In this document: piece after piece, positions 25,896-32,000 of the stretch
Layout: the number at the start of each line of letters is the position of its first letter
Position numbering within the stretch: position 1 is the first letter of the stretch
DNA from: Candidatus Brocadia sp. WS118
Lineage (GTDB): Bacteria > Planctomycetota > Brocadiia > Brocadiales > Brocadiaceae
Reading direction: 5' to 3'
Assembly (NCBI GenBank): GCA_007618135.1
Contig: PHFX01000170.1
Location: 516-32,515 of the forward strand
DNA length: 32,000 nucleotides
The notes under the pieces: model-generated
Database searches by the model: none
What the model was told of the DNA's origin: nothing
Seen by the model: only the letters and a program-made list of their open reading frames with translations
Translations under genes and position numbers: made by a program

Positions 25896-27373
25896 AAAGA
25901 CTTGTATTAATCAATCCACATCCGATTGGAAATGTTGGAGAGGAAAATGTCTCGGTATTAAATCAAATGCCGGTGAATCTCGGCTATCTGAAGGTGTTAA
26001 CGCCAAAACACTGGCAGGCTGACATCATCGATGAAACCCAGGAACTTGCCATTGATGAAAATACCGGGGATATTACGTTTGGGGGAGCAGACCTGGTTGG
26101 CATTACCTCGGTGAGTTATCAGGCGAATCGGGCATATCAAATAGCTACTGCCTGCAGGAAACGGGGTATTCCCGTGATTATGGGCGGTATCCATGCAACA
26201 AGTTACCCGGAAGAAGCGTCAAAATACGTAGACTGCGTTGTGACCAGAGAAGCGGTAACTACGTGGGAAAAGATTATTGGCGACTTTGAAAAAGGCTGTC
26301 TCCAGAAAAGATACGATGGTGTTCTGACACCGATGGAGCTATATCAGGGATTGCGCCCGGATAGAAAATATTTGAAGGATAAATATAAATACCGTTATTC
26401 AGGTATCATAACTACTGCCGGGTGTCCTTTTAGCTGTGAGTTCTGTTCTGTGCCTCAGTTTCAGGGCAGGAAATACCGTGAAAGGCCCATCGAAGACGTC
26501 CTTGATGAATTCGAATCCATTAAGGGTCAATATCGCGGGCTGATCCTGACGGATGAAAATTTTTACGGACACAGCAAAAAATCCAACGAGCGCGTTCGGG
26601 ACCTTTTCAAAGGCATGGTGGAAAGGGGTATTTACCAGAACTGGTTCGGGTTTACCTCGCTCAATATCTATAAGGATGATGAAACCCTTGAATACATGAA
26701 AAAGAGCGGTTGCGTTGGAGTGCTCATTGGGATTGAATCCATCAATGAAGAGGCATTGAAGACGATGAACAAGAACGTAAATTTGCGCATCTCCATCGAA
26801 AATTATTTTGAGGCTATAGCCAATATCCGTAAACACGGTCTTGCCGTGTGGGGGACGATGGTCTTTGGAAACGATGCCGATACCCCGGAGACCTTTAAGC
26901 AGGTTGCTGATTTTGTCCTTGATTCACAGGTCGATATCATGACCTGCGGCATTTTGTGCCCGTTCATTAATACGCCGCTGTATCACCGGCTGAATGGCGA
27001 AGGAAGGCTTTTCAGAACAAAATTTCCGGAGGACTGGAAGTATTACACATCGCATCATCTCACCTATGTCCTGAAAAACATGTCCCTTCAGGAACTCATC
27101 GATGGATTTCAATATCTGTACGACAGGATTTATGCCACCGAGGTATTGCGGCAGAGATTCCAGAATGCGAAAGAGGTGCTGAAAGATAATATGAATGCCG
27201 CCATGTTTGCCTTCAGGGTCAATCTTGATTGGCAGTCCGTTTACCAGCATCTGATTCAAAATCTTAAAGAATTGCAGACATCAGGGTTCTATGATGAGGC
27301 ATTAAAACGATATAACCAATCGAAAAAAGCCGGGAAAAAGGTGGAATTGACACCGATTGAGGTGTCATCTTAA
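25892..27373 (+). CDS. B12-binding (class B) radical SAM protein with a DUF4070-like C-terminal region
   Basis: The N-terminal cobalamin-binding-type Rossmann domain reads DLVGITSVSYQANRAYQIATACRKRGIPVIMGGIHAT. The radical SAM cluster motif is AGCPFSCEFCSV (CxxxCxxC). The ATG at 25892 overlaps the acpS TGA (ATGA) and is preceded by AAGAGGAA. ATG 25886 is an alternative start. Confidence 0.88.
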   Translation: MKRLVLINPHPIGNVGEENVSVLNQMPVNLGYLKVLTPKHWQADIIDETQELAIDENTGDITFGGADLVGITSVSYQANRAYQIATACRKRGIPVIMGGIHATSYPEEASKYVDCVVTREAVTTWEKIIGDFEKGCLQKRYDGVLTPMELYQGLRPDRKYLKDKYKYRYSGIITTAGCPFSCEFCSVPQFQGRKYRERPIEDVLDEFESIKGQYRGLILTDENFYGHSKKSNERVRDLFKGMVERGIYQNWFGFTSLNIYKDDETLEYMKKSGCVGVLIGIESINEEALKTMNKNVNLRISIENYFEAIANIRKHGLAVWGTMVFGNDADTPETFKQVADFVLDSQVDIMTCGILCPFINTPLYHRLNGEGRLFRTKFPEDWKYYTSHHLTYVLKNMSLQELIDGFQYLYDRIYATEVLRQRFQNAKEVLKDNMNAAMFAFRVNLDWQSVYQHLIQNLKELQTSGFYDEALKRYNQSKKAGKKVELTPIEVSS

Positions 27374-27524
27374 AAGCAGGCATCCCTCTTTTCTTTAGAG
27401 AGGTTGAGTATTTTTGAGGTCAACATATTCGCTGGAACTATTTTGTGAATAGTTGACCTTTCTTATTTAAAGTTTTGTTCAGCACCCCCGCCTGACATCT
27501 TCAATCGGGGAGGAGAAACTGTTT

Positions 27525-27562
27525 TCCCCACCCCTTGCGGGAGGGGTTAGGGGAGGGGGTGG
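27525..27562 (+). repeat. G/C-tract hairpin element, copy 1 (CCCCACCCCTTGCGGGAGGGGTTAGGGGAGGGGGTGG)
   Basis: It is related to the elements at 27722-27750 and 27796-27826. It contains four G3-5 tracts. Confidence 0.7.
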
Positions 27563-27635
27563 ACAGCCGGGTAGGTTAGATTAAGAAATAGTTTGATGGA
27601 TTCGGCGTAAAAACCAAATTGTATAGGCTTTTCAG

Positions 27636-27691
27636 TTTATTTAAGCGGTTTTTTGGGTGGCATGAATAAACCCTGCTTGTCTGCGTTTAAC
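27636..27691 (+). repeat. REP-like dispersed element, copy c
   Basis: The 27-nt block TTTATTTAAGCGGTTTTTTGGGTGGCA is identical to 29270-29296. The downstream half is degenerate and the hairpin is not well conserved. It ends in GTTTAAC, as copy a does. Confidence 0.75.
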
Positions 27692-27721
27692 TTAATTGAA
27701 CATAATTTTAGCACAAACTAT

Positions 27722-27826
27722 TCCCCTCTTGGGAGGGGTTGGGGGTGGGTACCTTGATCGTGAAAATCAGTGAATATCTCACGAATTACCGGCTTACCCG
27801 CCCCTAAATCCCCTCCCAAGAGGGGA
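27722..27826. repeat. MITE-like unit: ~30-bp imperfect terminal inverted repeats (TCCCCTCTTGGGAGGGGTTGGGGGTGGGT ... ACCCGCCCCTAAATCCCCTCCCAAGAGGGGA) flanking 45 bp
   Basis: The arms at 27722-27750 and 27796-27826 are near reverse complements. Each arm also contains its own hairpin, CCCCTC-loop-GAGGGG. No coding capacity is present. Confidence 0.6.
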
Positions 27827-27850
27827 CTTTCTCACCTGAGAACGAACACT

Positions 27851-29062
27851 ATGTCAAAGGTCGTAATTACAGGGTTAGGATTGGTCACACCCGTCGGGGT
27901 TGGCGTCAGGCAAAGCTGGGAATCGTTCATCCAGGGCAGGAACGGCGCCAACGAGATGAAGTCCTTCGACACCTCAAAATATAAGGTGCATCGTTCCTGT
28001 GAAGCAAAAAATTTCCAATGGGACTTTGAACTAAAGAATCAGATCAAAGAAAACACGATCCATAAATATGTCTATTGCGCAGCCAGGGAGGCGCTCCAGG
28101 AAAGTGGTTTATTGCATGATAAGAAATTCAACCGGGAGCGATTTGGTATTGCCATAGGAACCTTGGCCGCCGAGTTGACGCCGTTTGAGAGACTCTTGCG
28201 ATTAGACACCTCGAAAAAAGACAACGGTTTCGATAAAATCGTTGCTGCCGTTTACCCGCCCAATTCGATCACCAATATCCTGTCTAAAAATTTTGATTTT
28301 GAAGGTCCCACCATGATCTCGCTGAACGCCTGCTCGTCCGGCAACCACGCCATTGCATGGGCATATGACCGCCTTGTGGATAATAAGGTTGATGTAGTAA
28401 TGGTCGGTGGAGGCGACATGATCCCTCAAACGGAATTTACCCACTTTCATAACCTCAAGGCCTTAGCGCCCGAACGTTGTCAACCCTTCGACAAAAACCG
28501 TCAGGGACTTATGATTGGCGAAGGGGCAGGGATATTGATTATGGAACGCTATGAGTTTGCCAAAAAACGCGGTGCAGCGATTATTGCTGAGATGGTGGGT
28601 TATGGGTTGAGCTGCGATGGATTTCATATGACGGCGCCCCATCCAGAAGGTGACGGGGCGGTAAAGTGCATGAGCGATGCGCTAAAAATGGCAAACATTT
28701 CTTCTGCTGATATCGGTTACATCAACGCACATGGCACAGGAACCCCGCACAATGACAAGACCGAAACAACCGCTATAAAACGCGTATTTGGCGAAGGTGC
28801 ATATAGGATTCCCTGCAGTTCCACCAAATCGATGATTGGCCACCTCATGGGCGCAGCCAGCGCTGTGGAATCAGTTGTCTGCTGTCTGGTATTGAGACAT
28901 GGAGTAGTTCCTCCGACAATTAATTACGAAATCCCCGATCCGGAATGCGATCTCGATTACGTACCCAATGCAGCGCGTGAGGTAAAAGTGGATCACGCAT
29001 TAAATAATTCCTTCGCCTTCGGCGGAAACAATGCAACTACAATATTTAGTAGGATGGGTTAA
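27851..29062 (+). CDS. Beta-ketoacyl-ACP synthase, KAS I/II (FabF/FabB-like), catalytically intact
   Basis: 403 aa from MSKVVITGLG. The active-site Cys is in LNACSSGNHAI. The catalytic His residues are in GFHMTAPHP and INAHGTGTPHND. It also has STKSMIGHLMGAAS and FAFGGNNA. The track start at 27770 runs through a repeat element, so I rejected it. Confidence 0.88.
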   Translation: MSKVVITGLGLVTPVGVGVRQSWESFIQGRNGANEMKSFDTSKYKVHRSCEAKNFQWDFELKNQIKENTIHKYVYCAAREALQESGLLHDKKFNRERFGIAIGTLAAELTPFERLLRLDTSKKDNGFDKIVAAVYPPNSITNILSKNFDFEGPTMISLNACSSGNHAIAWAYDRLVDNKVDVVMVGGGDMIPQTEFTHFHNLKALAPERCQPFDKNRQGLMIGEGAGILIMERYEFAKKRGAAIIAEMVGYGLSCDGFHMTAPHPEGDGAVKCMSDALKMANISSADIGYINAHGTGTPHNDKTETTAIKRVFGEGAYRIPCSSTKSMIGHLMGAASAVESVVCCLVLRHGVVPPTINYEIPDPECDLDYVPNAAREVKVDHALNNSFAFGGNNATTIFSRMG

Positions 29063-29269
29063 ACATGTCCTGAGCTTGCCGAATGGACGAAGCAAACCTC
29101 AAGACTGGTTATCAATCTTGCAGATTGAACCATATATTTGAACGTTACTCTAAAGCGTGAACTTGTGCATTGAGACGGAATTATACCAAATGTTTTGGTT
29201 CAATCGAGGACGAATGAACCAGCAAAGACCAGCAAAGGGACGATTGTTCCGGCAAAGAGGAATCTTCAT

Positions 29270-29323
29270 TTTATTTAAGCGGTTTTTTGGGTGGCACGGA
29301 CAAACTTTGTTCGTCCGTGTTTT
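29270..29323 (+). repeat. REP-like dispersed element, copy d, with a terminator-like hairpin (CACGGACAAAC-TTT-GTTCGTCCGTG + TTTT)
   Basis: A 27-nt block is identical to copy c. It is followed by an 11-bp stem with one A-C mismatch, a 3-nt loop and a T4 run. The element ends 12 nt before the KS2 ATG. Confidence 0.75.
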
Positions 29324-29335
29324 GTCGGGTATGCA

Positions 29336-30571
29336 ATGAAAAAACGAGTCGTTATAACCGGTTTAGGTGTCGTATCCCCTCTGGGATGCGGAAAAGAGGC
29401 ATTCTGGAACAATCTTCTTGATGGAAAATCTGGCATTGCACCGATGTCAACCCTCGACCTCTCTCCGTATAAATGTAAATTGGGAGGCGAAGTGAGGGAC
29501 CTTAAACCGGAGGTATATCTTGGCAGTAAAGGCTTAAAATATCTAAACAAGGGCACACGCTTTCTGGGGTCTGCTGCTAAGATGGCAATTGACGATGCAA
29601 GGCTTCCTACGGACGGTTCCCTGTCGGAACAGATGGGCATTGTCATCGGTTCATCCCTGGGCAATTTTTCTGAGACAACGGATTATTTTTATGAAATCAT
29701 CAGGAACAATCCCTCTGAACTATCTCCCATGCTCAGCTATGACGTTGCCTTGAATTCTTCCATTAATTACGTATCGGTCATCTTTAAAATCAAGGGACTT
29801 GCCCGCACGGTATCTGCGGGTTTCACGTCAAGTACCGATGCCATTGGAGATGCGTATAAAATGATTCAGCGGGATATGGCACAGGTAATCGTGGCGGGTG
29901 GTGTCGAGCAGATATCCATTGATCTGTATCTCATATTTTACCTGCGCGGTTTGTTGTCCGGTCTTGATGGCACACAAGAGGCGAGCCTGCCCTTTGATAA
30001 GGAGAGAAACGGTTTTGTCATGGCAGAAGGCAGTTACGTGGTCATCCTGGAAGAATTCCAGCATGCCCTGGACAGGGGCGCTCATATCTATGCGGAGGTA
30101 AAGGGATTTGGGAATACCTTCGTGGGTGGCAAAGACCATCCGGCAGAGGTACGTATGTGTCGTGCCGAAAAGGCAATGCGTGAGGCACTGGAAGATGCTG
30201 AAGTAAAGAAAGAAGACGTTGACTTCATCAGTGCAAATGCAAATGGATGCAAGATGCAGGACGCAATCGAGGCGAAGGCAATCCAATCGTTATTCGGCGC
30301 AGGGAGCATTCGTATTCCCGTATCTGCAATAAAATCGAACATTGGCGAATCGTACGGAACCGCCGGTGCTGCCCAGCTCATTTCATCAATCATGTCGATA
30401 AACACAGGTAAAATACCGCACATCATGAATCACACTAAAAAAGATCAGACAATAAATTTGAATCTCATCATAGACAAACCACTCAAAAAAGAAATCCAGA
30501 ATACGTTAATAAATACCATGGATTATGATGGGAATAATTCATGTCTGGTAGTGAGCAGGTTATGCAAATAG
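29336..30571 (+). CDS. Ketosynthase-fold paralogue lacking the Cys-His-His triad (chain-length-factor-like or 'dead' KS partner)
   Basis: 411 aa from MKKRVVITGLG. A position-by-position alignment to the upstream KS gives NACSSGNHAI vs AGFTSSTDAI (Cys->Phe), GFHMTAP vs GGKDHPA (His->Lys) and NAHGTGT vs SANANGC (His->Asn). The fold motifs are retained (PFDKERNGFVMAEG, IKSNIGES). Confidence 0.85.
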   Translation: MKKRVVITGLGVVSPLGCGKEAFWNNLLDGKSGIAPMSTLDLSPYKCKLGGEVRDLKPEVYLGSKGLKYLNKGTRFLGSAAKMAIDDARLPTDGSLSEQMGIVIGSSLGNFSETTDYFYEIIRNNPSELSPMLSYDVALNSSINYVSVIFKIKGLARTVSAGFTSSTDAIGDAYKMIQRDMAQVIVAGGVEQISIDLYLIFYLRGLLSGLDGTQEASLPFDKERNGFVMAEGSYVVILEEFQHALDRGAHIYAEVKGFGNTFVGGKDHPAEVRMCRAEKAMREALEDAEVKKEDVDFISANANGCKMQDAIEAKAIQSLFGAGSIRIPVSAIKSNIGESYGTAGAAQLISSIMSINTGKIPHIMNHTKKDQTINLNLIIDKPLKKEIQNTLINTMDYDGNNSCLVVSRLCK

Positions 30572-30579
30572 TATAATGC

Positions 30580-31158
30580 TTATTGAGTGTGTTTTATCTG
30601 ATATATATTATGGGCAACGTCTGGAATGATAGCGTAATCAGCTTTGATTCCGCATTCATTCAGTAAATATTCTAAGCCCAGCGCGGAGCCCCGTTCTTCA
30701 TCCGCAACCCCTGCCAAAAGAAATTGTCCTTTCAGAAACCTTGCAACGGCCATCATGGAGGCCATCTGCCCTTTGTTGTCTGAAGAGCCCCTGCCATAGA
30801 TTCTGCCATCTTCTCTCCATGCCTCAAAGGGATTCCTCTCCCAGTTCCAGTCGTCGCCTGCCGGCACAACGTCTAAATGACATGCAACCAGCAATGCGGG
30901 GGCGGACGGCTGTTTGTCCCTGCCTCCAATATATCCGATGATATTTGTCCGATCCTTCGTTTTTTCAAAGAGTTCATAGGGAATCTGGAGTGATTGAAAG
31001 AAATCCGCAACAACTCGCGCTGCAAGGATTTCATTTCCTGGAGGATTTTCGGTCTTTGTATTGATTAATTTGCATGCAAGATCGACGATCTCCTTTTCTT
31101 CACCTCTCAGGTATTTGCCAATAAACTCCCTGAGATTGTTTGACGTATCGTATTTCAT
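30580..31158 (-). pseudogene. Truncated M20-family metallopeptidase (ArgE/DapE/CPG2-like), N-terminal catalytic half only
   Basis: 192 aa with HLDVVPAGDDW, GRIYGRGSSDNKGQMAS and GVADEERGS. The homology stops after ADYAIIPD, at about 180 aa. The dimerisation domain and C-terminal half that are typical of ~380-aa M20 enzymes are absent. Its stop codon lies 8 nt from the convergent KS2 stop. Confidence 0.65.
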
Positions 31159-31373
31159 AGCAGTTGCACCGAAGATCTGAAATTTACGGCAAGTAAAGTA
31201 AAAATTGTGATAATATTAGCGAACAACAGGAGGGATTTCAAATTAAATCATTGATAAAAATTATAAATACTTATAAAATTATCCTGTTCATGGGAGATTT
31301 CATATGCAAAGAAAATGCCGTTCCTATAGGACTCATTTATACGATAACCTTTTTAAGTTAAGGTTGATTATGT

Positions 31374-32000
31374 ATGGGAAGTAATTTTTTACTGCCCCTT
31401 TCGCGTACAGAGGAATCTTTAATATCTGAGCTTAGGTCTTCTTTTCTTGTTTTACCCTCTCAGTTATCTGTTGAATCTGCCTGGTTGAAGAATCTGAGTC
31501 GTTTGAAGAATCTTGTTCTTAATAATGACCCTCGATTTTTTTTACGTTGGGATATTATTATAAAAACCATGTTTATTCCTGATGCGGTTTATACGCCTGT
31601 TGAGTTGAGTTATTTATTGTGTCTTTCTGACTTTGCTTCTCGGTGGTGTTCTGCTATTAAAGAGTCGCCTTTTGGCTCTCCTGCCCTCTCCAAATATTAT
31701 CCAGATAGCAGTGGTAATCTCATACATCATGCTTATCATCTTGCTCAATTTGAGTCTCTTTATAAGACTCAGGTTAATGGCATGAATTTTGTTTTAGAGT
31801 TTGGAGGTGGTTACGGTAGTATGTGCCGATTGTATTATAATCTTGGTTTCTCTGGTCGTTATATAATCTTTGATTTGCCTGAATTATCTGCTTTGCAGAG
31901 GTATTATCTTAAATCTCTTGGTTTGCCTGTTTTGTCTGTTGCCGATTTTGTGAAGGGAGATGAGGGGGTATTATGTGTTTCTGATATGCATCAGTTGTCT
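31374..32000 (+). CDS. Class I SAM-dependent methyltransferase-like protein (partial, runs off the window end)
   Basis: I translated this open frame by hand from ATG 31374 to the window edge (209 codons, no stop). It has a GxGxG-type motif LEFGGGYGSMCR, followed by IIFDLPE (the acidic residue at the end of beta-2). It resembles putative sugar O-methyltransferases. It is absent from the ORF track because it has no stop codon. Confidence 0.55.
   Translation, partial: MGSNFLLPLSRTEESLISELRSSFLVLPSQLSVESAWLKNLSRLKNLVLNNDPRFFLRWDIIIKTMFIPDAVYTPVELSYLLCLSDFASRWCSAIKESPFGSPALSKYYPDSSGNLIHHAYHLAQFESLYKTQVNGMNFVLEFGGGYGSMCRLYYNLGFSGRYIIFDLPELSALQRYYLKSLGLPVLSVADFVKGDEGVLCVSDMHQLS

Noticed and set aside
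27770-27850. N-terminal extensions given by the ORF track: KS1 from 27770, KS2 from GTG 29291, response regulator from 22031, GH from TTG 15129, gmk from TTG 5171
   Set aside because: The extensions run through repeat elements or through the upstream gene's end, and they add unconserved residues before canonical family N-termini (MSKVVITGLG, MKKRVVITGLG, MKKKILIIDD, the signal peptide, and MGKLVIISGPSG). Internal ATG codons fit better. For gmk, the GH gene and the response regulator those ATGs are also preceded by a Shine-Dalgarno-like sequence; for KS1 and KS2 they are not.
29291-29306. TGGCAC within the REP-like elements (also at 11108, 18144 and 27658) as sigma-54 -24 boxes
   Set aside because: No TTGC or GC element sits at the required 10-nt spacing after the GG in any copy. 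The TGGCAC is part of the repeat hairpin.
29157-29339. 60-aa ORF in the KS1-KS2 spacer, considered as a possible missing ACP
   Set aside because: It has no DSL/DSx phosphopantetheine attachment motif, it has a basic low-complexity composition, and its 3' part is just the REP-like element. I found no ACP-like ORF anywhere in 25.4-31.2 kb.
29275-30426. Minus-strand ORFs of 129, 152 and 112 aa antisense to KS2, and the 145-aa and 111-aa ORFs antisense to the radical SAM gene (26399-27259)
   Set aside because: They are antisense shadows of strongly supported genes and have no motifs.
1-32000. CRISPR arrays, tRNA/rRNA genes, integrases or transposases, and canonical defence-system genes
   Set aside because: By eye I found no direct-repeat/spacer periodicity, no cloverleaf-like or rRNA-like segments in the intergenic gaps, and no recombinase-like ORFs. 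The Uma2 endonuclease stands alone without partner genes, so I did not call a defence system. A tRNAscan, Infernal or DefenseFinder run would be needed for certainty.

Overview
This is a gene-dense bacterial chromosomal window with moderate GC. I found no rRNA, tRNA, CRISPR array or intact transposase by eye. My impression is that the housekeeping proteins look planctomycete or anammox-like (Brocadiales), but I cannot verify that without a database search.

Positions 1-11.1 kb are a conserved core: rnc, an NYN-domain gene, pheA, tpiA, secG, yicC, gmk, a stand-alone coaC, dut, ftsK, rimO and pgsA.

Positions 11.1-25.2 kb look accessory and partly eroded. They hold:
- a Uma2 endonuclease;
- a DUF1858-NnrS-like-DUF1858 membrane fusion protein;
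- a 610-bp gap with apparent relics of K+ uptake genes;
- an orphan ParA;
- a 970-aa secreted GH44-like protein;
- a substrate-binding protein, sensor kinase and sigma-54 response regulator module, which ends in a 60-bp perfect palindrome;
- a decayed PAS/HD-GYP-like gene and a DUF2325 gene.

The most interesting part is 25.4-30.6 kb. A near-consensus sigma-70 promoter drives acpS, which overlaps (ATGA) a B12-binding radical SAM gene. These are followed by an intact KAS I/II-type ketosynthase and a ketosynthase paralogue in which all three catalytic residues are replaced (Cys->Phe, His->Lys, His->Asn). The genes are separated by repeat-filled spacers, and the cassette ends 8 nt from a truncated M20 peptidase gene. 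I read this as a candidate dedicated ACP-dependent lipid or polyketide tailoring cassette. If the host is an anammox bacterium, it matches the gene combination that has been proposed, but never biochemically resolved, for ladderane lipid synthesis.

The last 630 nt are a T-rich partial methyltransferase gene with visibly different codon usage.
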